From: Hormiphora californensis | Lineage: Eukaryota; Animalia; Ctenophora | Direction: 5' to 3' | NCBI GenBank assembly: GCA_020137815.1 | Contig: CM035358.1 | Span: 4,836,001 to 4,900,000 of the forward strand | DNA length: 64,000 nt | Shown here: in pieces, positions 41,401 to 54,870 of the stretch | Position numbering within the stretch: position 1 is the first letter of the stretch | Layout: each line of letters begins with the position of its first letter | Program-made: the position numbers and the translations under genes | Notes under the pieces: model-generated | The model's input: only the letters and a program-made list of their open reading frames with translations | Databases searched by the model: none | What the model was told of the DNA's origin: nothing

Positions 41401-44400
41401 GTCAGGACAGACTCCTGCGGCAGGATTTTAGTCTGTAAGAGCATTGTCAGCTGACCCTATTGGCTATTCTCATTTCTTTCAAAGGAGCGCGTGAGAACCG
41501 TAAATTAATAGTCAGAACATTTTAGTTGGACATGGCTGTGATACGAAACGTTTGGTTACCATGGTTACCATGGCAACAATAATTACCCTTTGGGTCAGTA
41601 GATGCAGTGTTGGTTGCCACAAACTGGTACTTTTTGGCTGCTATGATCTGCACGTTGAACTTGGCTTTAAATGCGGGCTCATCGAAGGAGGGGATCGCCA
41701 TTCGACAACTGTCCGCCTGCAAAATGCATATCATGTAAACTGTTTGAGTTAGGAATATTTGGTAGACAATATTCTAATTTATCAACTCCATAAATCCCAA
41801 TCTCATAATCCTTTGAATCAGCTGATTCCCCTACAAAGTTTCCCCTACTTCTAAGGGACCAACTTACAAAAAGAACCCGGGTATGTTAAGGTTGTACCTG
41901 GAATTGGGATGAGGCAAGGTACTTGGTCTCCCCTTCCTCTATGTATTTGCTCAGATACAGCCCACTGAAGGTCTCCTTCAGCTCCGCGGTCCACTCAAGG
42001 GATAGGGTGTACGTCACATCTTTTTCGAGGTATAGATAGTCCCTAATTGGAATGTTAATTTAGTGATGCTTTCTGGTAGGGTGCGATCTGAATGTACTGT
42101 CACGCGGAGAATCAAAACGGGATCTTCGCCGCCAAACTCTTTGAAATCAGGGAAAACATAAAATTGAACTAGGGACATGGAAATTAAAATTCAAATTTAG
42201 TGACTTTTTAGTGTTTAACTAACTTGAACTGAACGATAACATAGCTGTTTCTGGACCAGGTTATCATTTTCTGGATATCATGGAACTCTTTCTTATCTCC
42301 GTTGGCATATGTCTTCCAAAATAAAGGGTTGGTAACTTTGAGTCCCTCAGCAGCGTGAAGTACAATCTGGGCAACCGTCCCATCAGCGTGACCACCAAAC
42401 TCCAACTAAATAGGGAGGGGGTAATATTAATAAGGAGGGGGTAATATGTTGAATTTCATTTTGTAATTTGTATCTGGGCCAAGTTTCGAGTGGGAAACTA
42501 AGTTATGTCAAATTTCCCCTACTTTGCTTGCACATATTAGGATACAAGAATCAAAATTCCACTATCTAGCCACATAGCAACCCTCAATTGCATCTGCAGT
42601 TGTCATAGCAACCCTCAATCATCTGCAGTTATAGTTGTCATGGCAACTAAAATATACCTGAATCTCCTCGTATCCACTAAACACTTTTCCATCGACATCA
42701 ATAGTTAGCTTTATGTCATATTGGACTGGGGACACTGTTGCGTTTAATCTGAAGGAAAATGGGGATCAATGTCACTAAAAGGTGGATTTTCTAATACGAA
42801 GTCCTCGATAAAATTATTGGGGGCTCTACCAATATATTACCGAATGTTAACGAACCTGCCATTTTCCCACTCCGCACTATTGTAAACAGTCTTTTCTCCG
42901 TTACTGGTAGCAACCACTGTTACTATCACAATTATCAGAACCTGTAGGTATAGGAATTGGAAGTTGAGAGATATTTGTGGCGGTAGAAGGAAGAGTTCTT
43001 CGAGGTCAGAGGGACGGTATGGTTACATATAAGTAGAAGCTAGCAGAAGGTAGTCGAATTTGGAGTCCAAATTCGACTACCTTCTGATAGCTTTTTGTCC
43101 AAATTGGTCAGCATTTTGAGAGAGGTTGAGGTCAGCCCTTTTCCTTTGAAAAGGACCGGTCTCTCAGTCTCAGGTGCGTGGGAGTTGTGTTCTAGAACCA
43201 CAACCCCATTACCATAAAACCTAATCAGTTGGCCCGAGACTGTGACCTACCTAACAAGGTTTTATGTATTACAATATGTTTGTAGTCTGTCTGGCGGCAC
43301 CGACCAGGGGCTCTTCGACGAAACTTTAAGCACACTTAATAAATCAGCTCTCTTTGACTTGTCTCGAGAGGGGTGTCGTCGAACGCTTTCCAAAACCTCA
43401 CTTTAGGTCCTTGGTGTGAACCACGTGTATACCACGTGAAGCCCCGGATCACCCCTCGTGTATCGGTGTAGAAAACCAATCAGGGGATCGAAACTGGACA
43501 CGTGATAGGATTTCCATTACATGGGTTTACACAGGCGTCAATTTGGTCACGTGTAGGGTTCACCAGCCAATAGTGTTAGCGAGATATCACACCAGATTGG
43601 GGGTGAAGAAGAAGTTTGACTTCCATTTCTCAAGATTCAAGAAATTTCAAATCTTCAAAACTCTTACTGTTACAGTAGCTGGCAATGAATGTTATAGCGG
43701 ACAAATAGAGATCTAACATTGATTGTTCATTATGAAAAATCAATAAACCTATACACTCCTTTTTGTAAGTTGCAATATTATTTAGGACGGGTGAGATGAA
43801 TACTGAATAGATAGTCTGCTAAATGAAGAGATAAACAGTGAAAGTATAGTAGTAGTTCACTGTTCATCTTGTCCTGCGGGCCAAAAGGAAAAAACTGAAT
43901 TCATCCACATCTTATCTGTGAGAGTCTAATACAGATGGTGTATGCTGTATGGGCTTGGCTGAAACCCCAAACTAGTGCCTCAATATTGTGGTTGAGTAGG
44001 GGGACAAGGAGTGCCATTTTATCTTTTTTCTACATGCGAGAAGCAAAATATACACTGTTTTGTAGCATCTTTTACTTGCCAGCGCTGTCTTGTCTACCAT
44101 TAAGTCTCCTCTGGAGGAGACTTAACAAACCTCACTTTTCTCGATATTTGAGTGAGATATTGCGTGAACTATGACGTCATTGTCGCTTCAATTTGGCCCA
44201 AATCACGTGATTTTACCACGTGATTAGGGGTTACGCAAGGTTTGGAGAGCTTGTGTAAAACTTCGCTTACTACCCCTCAATTTTCACTAAGCAAGATTTC
44301 TAAAAAGTTTCGTCGACACAAACCATGCTTAAGGGGTGTGAAAATCAATTAGAAGGTGTGAAAGGAGAGTTACGCAACGTTTTTTAGTGTGCTTAAAGTT

Positions 44401-46514
44401 TCGTCGAAGAGCCCCGGGGGCTCTTCGACGAAACTTTAAGCACACTAAACTGCCCAAGGCGCACTGTAATCTTTTTGAGAATCAAGCAAAACAGGGTTCC
44501 AGTTCTGGATATTATAGAGGGACAACAATATCGTATATAGTTCTTGCTTTATGTGGAATTAGAATCAAGCTGTGCATAAAAGATTAAAGGACACCTGTTT
44601 TAATTCTCTGTCCCACTCCCAATAACAGTGTAGGGCCTACACACTCCAAGTGCACTGGCATTGTCATGAATCATGATCATGGATCAGGTTTCACTGTGAG
44701 AGAGTTCATGAACATTCAAAACGGAATCTTACAGTTACAAATTGAAATTGGAAACTGACGCCAGGTTCCAGATTGAGAGATGGGCGATGAACCACGTAAT
44801 TGTCATCATTCCGATTGGAAACTGGGAGCTGGAAACTGATACTATATACCATTACCAGGTTCCAATCTGTAACTAACCAATTAAACACAAATTGCAACGC
44901 TTTCCCATCAGAAGATCATCAATCGCCGATAGATAGAATTCTAACATGGCTTCTACACGGCGTGCCTGGTGAAATTTTAACACGACCTAGAATGCAACGG
45001 GAAACCACCACTTGTACGTGGTAGCTGAGGGTCTACAGAATGGCGCTACGGTGCGGGAAAAAAAAGTCCATGCCCTAAAATCGTTTTTTTTTTACTTTTA
45101 TTTGATTTGGGTCAAAATTGGCTATATTAAACGTGGTCCCGAAAAATCCATAATGACTTAGCACACGAAATATGTCACCCCCACCTATTTTTGCACGTAG
45201 AATCGATTGCCGTTGAAGTCGAATCTCTAAAATGACTGTAAAATGGTCAAAAGTTGATTTTTTACCGTTTTTTGGAGGTTTTTGGCCCCTAAACCATTGA
45301 AAACGTTGAGATAGGAATTTGAAACTAGTGCCAATCGTTAAAATGGTCATTTTTCTACCAAGAACCAAGTTTTCGTGTATATCCGATTTATGGTTAGATT
45401 TGGGCAAATTGTTGAAATCTGCCAACTAGGAGAACCGTAACTTGATTTTCTTGTTTTTTGGATTTTGGCATTTTTGACAAACTTCTGATTGAAATGGTCA
45501 ATCGGGACCATGCTTAAGTTGTTTATGGGACAATTTTCGACTAAAATCCAAGATTTCATACCAATCCAATAACAGATCGTTGATTTATAGAAAATTTAAG
45601 TAGGCAAAACGGTCAAAATGACAACTTTTCTTGCTTATTTTTACCGTTTTGCCTACTTAAATTTTCTATAAATCAACGATCTGTTATTGGATTGGTATGA
45701 AATCTGGGATTTTAGTCGAAAATTGTCCCATAAACAACTTAAGCATGGTCCCGATTGACCATTTTAATCAGAAGTTTGTCAAAAATGCCAAAATCCAAAA
45801 AACAAGAAAATCAAGTTACGGTTCTCCTAGTTGGCAGATTTCAACAATTTGCCCAAATCTAACCATAAATCGGATATACACGAAAACTTGGTTCTTGGTA
45901 GAAAAATGACCATTTTAACGATTGGCACTAGTTTCAAATTCCTATCTCAACGTTTTCAATGGTTTAGGGGCCAAAAACCTCCAAAAAACGGTAAAAAATC
46001 AACTTTTGACCATTTTACAGTCATTTTAGAGATTCGACTTCAACGGCAATCGATTCTACGTGCAAAAATAGGTGGGGGTGACATATTTCGTGTGCTAAGT
46101 CATTATGGATAAAAGTAAAAAAAACGATTTTAGGGCATGGACTTTTTTTTCCCGCACCGTAGCGCCATTCTGTAGACCCTCAGCTACCACGTACAAGTGG
46201 TGGTTTCCCGTTGCATGCTAGGTCGTGTTAAAATTCCACCAGGCACGCCGTGTCTACTCTAGTAATTTTAAAACTTTGTAGATAGAATTAGAAGCCATGT
46301 TTATCACATTAAAACGTGACAAAATTCTGATAACTGTACATTTAGCCGGGCTTTGAGTCGCCTGACAAAGGTATTTTCATCATGAAACTCACTTGTTGAA
46401 TTACTACTACTCAACAAAAAAACTCACCAGTAAAATAAGAGTTATAGCGAGAAGAATACGTTTAGTGCTCGTGTTCATCGAGTTCATTCTATCAGCTAGT
46501 CCTCCTCCCGCCAT
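38435..46514 (-). CDS. Aminopeptidase N-like M1 zinc aminopeptidase, type II membrane protein
   Basis: Start MAGGGLADR at 46514; [12 protein letters not shown]|[10 protein letters not shown]; [12 protein letters not shown]; GAMENWG (~40875); HELAHQW (~40495); [12 protein letters not shown]; IAYQKGAS; long terminal exon 40092-38435. Confidence 0.92.
43307..44415. mobile_element. ~1.1-kb non-coding TIR element in aminopeptidase intron 1
   Basis: 30-bp TIR GGGGCTCTTCGACGAAACTTTAAGCACACT at both ends; no clear TSD; extra mirrored TIR at 44417-44448. Confidence 0.65.
44956..46252. mobile_element. 1297-bp palindromic non-autonomous element, Chapaev-like, in aminopeptidase intron 1
   Basis: Termini CACGGCGTGCC; TSD TCTA (44952-55, 46253-56); shares the block CCCCACCTATTTTT..CGTAGAATCGA.TGCCGTTGAAGTC with the 34617 element; ~45-bp deletion in the right arm. 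Confidence 0.8.
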
Positions 46515-46792
46515 CTTGGTGAGCGGTGTGCTGGGGTGTCCCTACTGAGCTGCAGTGGAACTATATTGGGAGGGAGAGTTAGAAAATTGAACAAAAATAT
46601 TATACCAACGAACGCCATTCGTTGAAATAAAATTTCCCAAGGTTAGGTAACCAATCACATTCGGCAAAATCACAACTGAAACTCATAAAATAACGGCATA
46701 TGGAGTAGTGGAAACAGATGTTTCTCGGAGAAGACATTGGATCCGTGATATATGCGGTATTGAGTTCATTATCCATTAAGGCAGCTGGCAGA

Positions 46793-46873
<81 letters not shown>

Positions 46874-47372
46874 GAAGAAGCTACTTTTGTTATTGAGTTA
46901 GTTCTCATCATGTGACACACAAAGTTCATCTTGTGATGGACGGGGTGCTCCTACATGAACGAGTGCAGTCATCTCCATGCCACTGGATCTCCATCTAGAT
47001 GTAGAGGAGTGACAACTATAGCTAGCAGATTGGATCATTTACCCAAATGAGGGAGGGAGGAGAAAGAAGTGAGTGAGGCTGAATGGCTGCCATGCTACGC
47101 AGTCGCGACGGGGAACAAGCTGTAGCCGAGATGGGAAGCAAGACGTGAGTGAAGTGGCTGTGTAGGAAGAAATCCTATACCAGTACCACTGCCTTATATG
47201 AGGGATTTTGTCTCGTTTAAAATGGCTCCATCCAATTCTGGGTGGGAGGATGACAGGTGCTCAATGTCCAGGACCTCGTCCTCACATGAGCTGTCTCGCG
47301 CCAAAGTTCCGATCTACGAATAACGAACACAAAACAGGATGTGCGATGCCGGCATTTGACGTTGCTGTGAGG

Positions 47373-47481
47373 CAGGAACCGACCGAATCAGGAAATAATG
47401 GTCCCTGATTGGCTGATAACCAGTCACGTGACCTAAATAACGAGTTCTGATTGGTTGTTTACTTGTTTCGGTCGGTTCCTG
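47373..47481. mobile_element. 109-bp hAT-type MITE, second copy
   Basis: Same TIRs as the 15420 copy; TSD CTGTGAGG. Confidence 0.9.
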
Positions 47482-48289
47482 CTGTGAGGGGTGGGGTGGA
47501 CGTTCCCAATTGCAATAAGGACACATATCTCTATTGTGAATAATTCTGGCCTAATGTCCTCACTAAAGAGAGAAGCAGGTTTTTATCTCTTGTATAATTC
47601 AGTCGAGTGGTAGAAGCAAAATAATGGTTGTAGCAACCAAATAACAATGAAAAGAAAGAATTGAGGTCACCGGGTGAATTCACCTGCCACCTGTATTCAC
47701 GTTCCCGTACGGATAAAGTTACGTGTGACTGGATCCTGTGATTCTTGAGTGATTCGTTAAGTTAACCACATTATGTGATGTACTCAACTGTTGTGGATTG
47801 TGAAAATGAAACATCTCTTGATTGTATCAACGCAGTGCAGTTGGCGGAGAGAAACTCGATACAGTGCATAGATTGGTGTGTAACAGTGGGCAAGGGGAGG
47901 GAGGAAGGGAGCTACCGCGGGATTACCGTTTGTCCGTTTGATTTAGCACTTCTGGGACTGGGAGAGAAATCAGGACTATTATAATAGTCAGCCTGCAGTC
48001 AGATATAAATCTGCCCCTGATCATGACATTGACATTGACCCGCCCCTCAAATGAGGCTCATGACATTTTCCGGCTTGTTGTATGACCTTCCAGTTCCATT
48101 TATCCCCATCCGAACCGTTTGAACAAACTTAAAGTCAAGATTTACAAAAGCCATTTATATGTTGTAACATTTTACATTAAATAGTAGTCACACGTATAAC
48201 ATTGTTTTGGTTGATAAATTACTACAGACTCATAAAACACCTAATAAAAATATATATTGCTCCTTCTCTCCCTCTCTTTTTTATCCTTC

Positions 48290-48366
<77 letters not shown>

Positions 48367-48634
48367 ATTTCCTGTCAAATGTGAAATTGGATTGGTAATA
48401 TGTAGTGGTATAATGACGGCTCTGAATTTTCAGGACTAAAATCAATTAAACGAGAACCAATCAAATACTCTCTATTTCACATTTGGTAACTCATAAAAAC
48501 TCACAAATGTGGTGTTCATATGTCGAGCGAGACAGAATGAACAACATAATTGTTTAGTAAATGTACCAGACACCAGCTCATTAGCTCTCTTCCTAAATTT
48601 ATAACACCTAAACTATGAGTTACTATCAGTAAAA

Positions 48635-49001
48635 CAGTCGGATCCCGATTTACTGGCCGCTTTATCGGTTATCCGGCCTGTATGAATGTATGACCCCGAC
48701 CGATATATCGTTCGGGTAATTCATTCGGACCCCGACTGTATTATAGTCGGATTTTTTGAAGTTGTCACCCCGCTGGGTGGCGCACGATTTTTTATTTGTG
48801 CGTCGAAAACATGTTTTGGCTCTCACGCCTTTGTTTCTTGGACAATTTCGTCAAACAAAAACTTTACGGACTCACAAAATTATGCTCTTTCAGATGATGT
48901 GCGGTTTTTTGCCGAAAAGGGAGAGCAAGTGGGGGCTGTCACGTGCAAATACGACGCCACGCGACAAAAGGGGGGGGTGACAACTTCAAAAAATCCGACT
49001 T
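48635..49001. mobile_element. Two adjacent Tc1/mariner-type MITEs (~48635-48738 and 48744-49001)
   Basis: CAGTCGG...CCGACTG termini; second element has TIR AGTCGGATTTTTTGAAGTTGTCACCCC flanked by TA. Confidence 0.7.
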
Positions 49002-49598
49002 TACCTTCCCCCAAACAGTCCGGTAAATCGGAGTCCAACCAAAGATATTTCGAAAACTATATAAATAGCCTAAAATTTTCTCATAACATGCTATTGAGAA
49101 AAATTAATGCTCCAGTTAAAAAAAACTAGGTATCCTATACTTTTAAATCGCTCATAATTTGTATAAGCGGTAGACAATTACATAACACCTACACAACACA
49201 CAAATGTACACAAAAGTACACAAATATGTAGCTGTACATTTTGTGTATAGATCGACATTTATGTCCAAAAAAGGAACACAGAACACACACATGACTCCTT
49301 CCTTCTATATTTCAACTCGCATTTTGATCTTGACACCCAGTGTCATATTTTGCATTTAAAATACAAGAGTTTATTAATTAAATAACTCGGAAAATAAAAA
49401 GTTTTCAATTTTCGACCCTGTCCAAAATGAACAACTGTATGGATCGTAATAGTTCGATTATCCACGATATTTCAACATCAGTCTGGGATTCAGTTTCACA
49501 TTTTGATACGTTGTTCTGAGAGATTCCACTTTCTCAGTTGCTATGGTAACCACACCGGTTGCTATGGTAACCACACCGGTTGCTATGGTAACACCCTT

Positions 49599-52500
49599 TC
49601 ACACGGGTGTGTGGATGGGTTGGGCGCACCTGCACCTATCCTGACCGCAGCTGCACCACACCAGAATGGGCTCAACTTCTTCTTCTATAACCTGGAGTAG
49701 GAAGAAATGGGATGTTAAAATGGGGGTGTTAACATGGGGGTGTTATAGAACGAGAGTGAAATATAGTGAGGTAGAAATGGAGTGAAATTAGGAAAGTGGT
49801 TGAGCAAGCTGCTGGAGTTAGGAAAGAATTAACTAATTAATTAACTAATTAATTAACTTGATTAGTAATTACCTCTCGATGTATTTGGTTGATTCTCTCT
49901 CCGCTGATCCTCCTTCCTCCAGATGCAGCCTGGTCTGCACTGGGCCGGTGAGACTCTGCCGAATTCTGGAAATGTATGGGTTAAAATGGGAGAAAACAGC
50001 AGGGATTTTCTTGTATTGGTACTCATTGGTGGCTAACTCAAACTTTAGTGAAAACTGCATGTCTCTACTAGAGACTCTAGCATACTTTTGAAAATCGAGC
50101 TAAAACAGTAAAACATGCGAGACTTTTGGATTCTAGAAAAACAATGTCTGACTGACCTGTCGTTTGTATGATTCATTCTCCCTGCTTGAGGCAAGGGAGG
50201 TAAGCTGAGTGAGGGGTTCTGGTACCACGCCTCGGGATAATAGGGGATCGAAGCCTGCAGGGAGAATTGAGGTTTATATATTCTTGGGTGAGAAGTTCCA
50301 GCTTTCTCAACAACGGTGTTATCATTCGTTATATGGGTGGGAAATCCATGTAACTACAAAACTGGTGGTTGATTTTTTCAAATTTTGCAACTACACGGTT
50401 GTAACGGGGAAGTGCGGGGATTTAAAAAGTTCCCAGTTAACTGGTAAGCGAAAATTTGGGATTGGTGGGTTCTAAAAGTTTTCTAGAGGAACAAATCTCG
50501 AGTATTTTGGTGCAGTAGTAGTTTGATTTTGAGGAAGCTGAAAGGGTTTAGTTGCCGGGTGGTTTACTGTTTAGATGGTTATGTTGGAAGCAATAATGGG
50601 GATTGCGAACTTCAAAAAGGACAATACAACTAAGGGATCGCTTAACCACTATTCTATGCGTAGCGAGAAAAAAAGCTCGCTACGACGAGAAAAAAAGGGG
50701 ATTGAGCAACTCCAAATGAATTCATGAGGAAACTTTATACCGAGTTTACACACCTGATCGATTGTTGATGGTGACTTTAATAACGACATTGTCCATCTCA
50801 CTTTGGAATATTTTGGGGCACAGCGACTTACAGAGCCGCCTCCTGAGGGCCTTGGCATCCTGGGATGGAGAATATCACGGTCGCTTGGTAGTGGGAAAAC
50901 GGTAATGGAAAACGAAGATACAGTAAGACGACACGCAACCGTGGCCAATCAGGTTGCTAGTACGTGCTGACACATGAACTTTTTGCCGCGCGTTATGCAA
51001 CGTGTGTGTCTCATTACTGTATTTCGCGATACCGTATTTTGACTGCAAGCAGCACTGATACAGTGCTGCTTGCAGTCAAAATACGGTTAAAACAAAGCAG
51101 GGTGAGAAACAAGGAAATCAGGAATCCTGATAGACTGACCTAAAACTCAACATACCTTTCTGAGCTTTGTGACAGAATCAGATAGGTTAGTATTGAAGCG
51201 ATCTCTGAGACTGTGAAGACACCCATTTTGTTCAATACACGCATAGTGCAGGGTATCACAGATAATTTCACCAAGAACTCGAAGGAGCTGCTTACACGCA
51301 CCTGTAAAGAGTGGTGAGCTGGTTAGATGCTGTCTGGCGCCGCCGACCCCATCTGAGCGCACTGAGAATCAAATTGGGGTATGGGCGCCGCCATACAGGT
51401 TAGATGATAAGAAGAGCCTGCTATACAACAGGGAGAACAATAGAACAGTTCTATCGTCCATAGTTATGCAGGGGAGAAAGAGTGGGTATGAGATGGTCAC
51501 AAGAATTGTACTTATCTACATGCTTTTCAAGGGTATCCCCATGAGTTTCAGAATTAATTTTAACTTCACAGACCCTTCACAGGGACCAACTTACTTCACA
51601 GACCCTTCACACAGATCAAGTTAACTTACTTCACAGACCCTTCACACAGATCAAGTTAACTTACTTCACAGACCCTTCACACAGATTAAGTTAACTTACT
51701 TCACAGACCCTTCACACAGATCAAGTTAACTTACTTCACAGACCCTTCCCACAGATTAAGTTAACTTACTTCACAGACCCTTCCCACAGATTAAGTTAAC
51801 TTACTTCACAGACCCTTCCCACAGATCACTTACTTCACAGACCCTTCCCACAGATCAAGTTAACTTACTTCACAGACCCTTCCCACAGATCACTTACTTC
51901 ACAGACCCTTCCCACAGATTAAGTTAACTTACTTCACAGACCCTTCCCACAGATTAAGTTAACTTACTTCACAGACCCTTCCCACAGATCAAGTTAACTT
52001 ACTTCACAGACCCTTCCCACAGATCAAGTTAACTTACTTCACAGATCCTTCCCACAGATTAAGTTAACTTACTTCACAGATCCTTCCCACAGATTAAGTT
52101 AACTTACTTCACAGACCCTTCCCACAGATCAGGTTAACTTACTTCACAGACCCTTTACACAGATCAAGTAAACTTACTTCTGAATTTCTTGCTAAGGAAT
52201 GCACATATCATGGGATTGATACAAGAGTCGAGGAGTAATACCCAGTGTATTATGTTATAGTGAAATGGGGTGAGGGAGGCTAGCTTGTGGTCTTCAGATC
52301 TCAACAGCATTACCAGGATTACTGTGGTGGGCAGGGAACACAACATGAACGCAACCTGGGCAGGGGAATGAGGTGTTAATTAGGTGATATAATTAGGTGT
52401 TAATTAGGTGTTATAATTAGATGGTATTGTTCATCCTAAATTAAGGGTACGCTAACCAAAAATTTTTTTCGAGTGCAGGGAAATCTCTCACCGCAGGGTT

Positions 52501-54870
52501 GTAGGCCATGCCAAGGAGACCTCAAATATGCAATTTTAGCCCTCAAGTCGAATTCATATTTTTGCTACAGCCGTTTTAAAATCGTCTTGAAAATTTCTGA
52601 AAAGACGTTTTTGACACCCTAAAAATACATTTTCAGGGCTAGAAGCTTAAAATTATGGGGATTTGAAGGGGATAGGAAGGTTTATCGACACAAAAATTTT
52701 TATTAAAATCGGTGATGATTTTCGGTCGTGAGATTGATTTACTTTTTTCCCTCTTAAAGGCCCTATTTAGCAAAGTTCCGAAAGTTTGTGAAGGCTGTAA
52801 ATTGGTGAAAAGTTGCGTCTAACGATTATCTAAGTGGCCACAAATTTTTGGCGTGTCCTTATTTGAGACAAGTTGTATAGAGCTTTTTTTGTGAAAGCCG
52901 TTTTTTTAGAAATAAAGAAATATCCTGTATCTCAAAAACGACTGATTTTAGAGACCTGAGACCAAGCTTAAACGATTCAGAAGGTCCGATTTTGGGGGGG
53001 TCTTCTGAGAGACATTTTTCTCCTACTTCAACGGTTTTCGCTGTAATTGCGAAAAACAAATCCTTTGAAGAGGGCAAAAGAGGAGTTCCGACAGCCTGCT
53101 TCGTGCTGCTTTTCCACCTTCTTGCTAAATCCTTTTTCGCAATTACATCAAAAACCGTTGAAGTAGGAGAAAAATGTCTCTCAGAAGACCCCCCCAAAAT
53201 CGGACCTTCTGAATCGTTTAAGCTTGGTCTCAGGTCTCTAAAATCAGTCGTTTTTGAGATACAGGCTATTTCTTTATTTCTAAAAAAACGGCTTTCACAA
53301 AAAAAGCTCTGTACAACTTGTCTCAAATAAGGACACGCCAAAAATTTGTGGCCACTTAGATAATCGTTAGACGCAACTTTTCACCAATTTACAGCCTTCA
53401 CAAACTTTCGGAACTTTGCTAAATAGGGCCTTTAAGAGGGAAAAAAGTAAATCAATCTCACGACCGAAAATCATCACCGATTTTAATAAAAATTTTTGTG
53501 TCGATAAACCTTCCTATCCCCTTCAAATCCCCATAATTTTAAGCTTCTAGCCCTGAAAATGTATTTTTAGGGTGTCAAAAACGTCTTTTCAGAAATTTTC
53601 AAGACGATTTTAAAACGGCTGTAGCAAAAATATGAATTCGACTTGAGGGCTAAAATTGCATATTTGAGGTCTCCTTGGCATGGCCTACAACCCTGCGGTG
53701 AGAGATTTCCCTGCACTCGAAAAAAATTTTTGGTTAGCGTACCCTTAACACCGCATATCATACCATGGTATTATATATGTGGTGTTAATTTAAGATGAAC
53801 AACCCGGGTTATTATATAATATTAGACGAATGATCCCTTGATCGATTTATAAATATTCCCCTCCGAGGGTTCTCCAATAAAGTCATAAACTGGGGGGGGG
53901 GGGGAGAACACGAGAAAACAATAATTCTCTTCGCGGTGGGGGTAGTCGATGCTATAAATCTGACTTCTCTTTCCCTCTCTCCTTACCGTCATTATGACGA
54001 GCGGTATCACGATGCTGAGGTGGTTGCGTCTCTTGCTGTGGTGACGAGCGGGTAGCCGGGCGATGTAAATAAAAACGTAGGAATAGTTGAAGAGAATCAC
54101 TATCAGAGGACCTATAGCAGGGGTATTTCTGTGATATTATATATACTTTTCTGGAGAGATTGCTTGGTAGAGCGAGAAAGCTTTCTAAACCTTTTAGGTT
54201 TAGATGGTTTTCTCGCTCTACCAAGGCCTTTAGTGGACATGTGCTTGAAACCCCAATATATATATGAGAGCATGTTCATGGCTGATCTAGAGGGAACACG
54301 TGTAATTTTACCTGGTATAACTAGAACGAGGAAGATTATAAAGTACCTGGTATAACTAGAACGAGGAAGATTATAAAGTACCTGGTATAACTAGAACGAG
54401 GAAGATTATAAAGTACCTGATATAACTAGAACGAGGAAGATTATAAAGTACCTGGTATAACTAGAACGAGGAAGATTATAAAGTACCTGGTATAACTAGA
54501 ACGAGGAAGATTATAAAGTACCACCGGTGTAGTCCTGCCATGAACGCATCAATTGCACAACTGAATGTAAGTGGGGAATACACGTATCTATTCCAACCTA
54601 GGGAGAGAGAACATGTGAAGTCATTGGCTGTACAACTGGTTGGGCCACTCCAATAGAGGTGAACATGGGAATAATTTATTTCCGAAGTCTCTAATTTTCC
54701 AAAATATTTTGCAGATACGTCCAGTTTCACTCCCTTACCTAAGACGGGTAAAGCAGCCAGAATGACTGCAAATATCCAGATACACCCACAAAGTAGTATA
54801 GCCACGGAGTGGGACATGGTTTCAGTACCACGTGACCGAGATAGTACTAGGTAGAATCTCTCTATTGAAC
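49599..54870 (-). CDS. Rhodopsin-class GPCR, C-terminal half (end of TM3 to TM7 and tail); no 5' exons on this strand in the window
   Basis: Exons 54870-54739 (SIERFY...TM4 WIFAVILAALPVL), 54597-54487 (WNRY...SCAID), 54111-53987, 52355-52178 (FMLCSLP...SCINPMICAFLSKKFR), ~51300-51157, ~50255-50157, ~49965-49873, 49691-end. Tail frame is ambiguous (stop at 49685 or 49599). Confidence 0.85.
50871..51057. mobile_element. End fragment of a Tc1/mariner-like element
   Basis: ~187 bp shared with 63755-63940, ending GACTGCAAGCAGCACTG. Confidence 0.7.
51588..52180. repeat. 35-bp minisatellite (~17 copies) starting at a GPCR splice donor
   Basis: Unit AACTTACTTCACAGACCCTTCCCACAGATCAAGTT, containing GAA|GTAAGT on the - strand. 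Confidence 0.95.
52445..53744. mobile_element. 1300-bp palindromic Kolobok-like element in a GPCR intron; related to the 6977 element
   Basis: TTAA TSD (52441-44, 53745-48); GGGTAC termini; shares blocks such as GACCTCAAATATGCAATTTTAGCCCT and CGATTCAGAAGGTCCGATTTTGGGGGGGTCTTCTGAGAGACATTTT with 6977-8279. Confidence 0.82.
54309..54518. repeat. 6 x 35-bp tandem duplication of a GPCR exon 3' end
   Basis: On the - strand the unit reads GTACTTTATAATCTTCCTCGTTCTAGTTATACCAG. Confidence 0.95.

Noticed and set aside
51588-52180. CRISPR-like appearance of the 35-bp repeats (also 54309-54518 and 1912-2476)
   Set aside because: Repeats are contiguous with no unique spacers, there are no cas genes, and the context is eukaryotic.
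52178-52260. GPCR as an opsin (WNRY...SCAID loop resembles opsins)
   Set aside because: The position equivalent to retinal-binding K296 is Leu (VLLLDSCINP).
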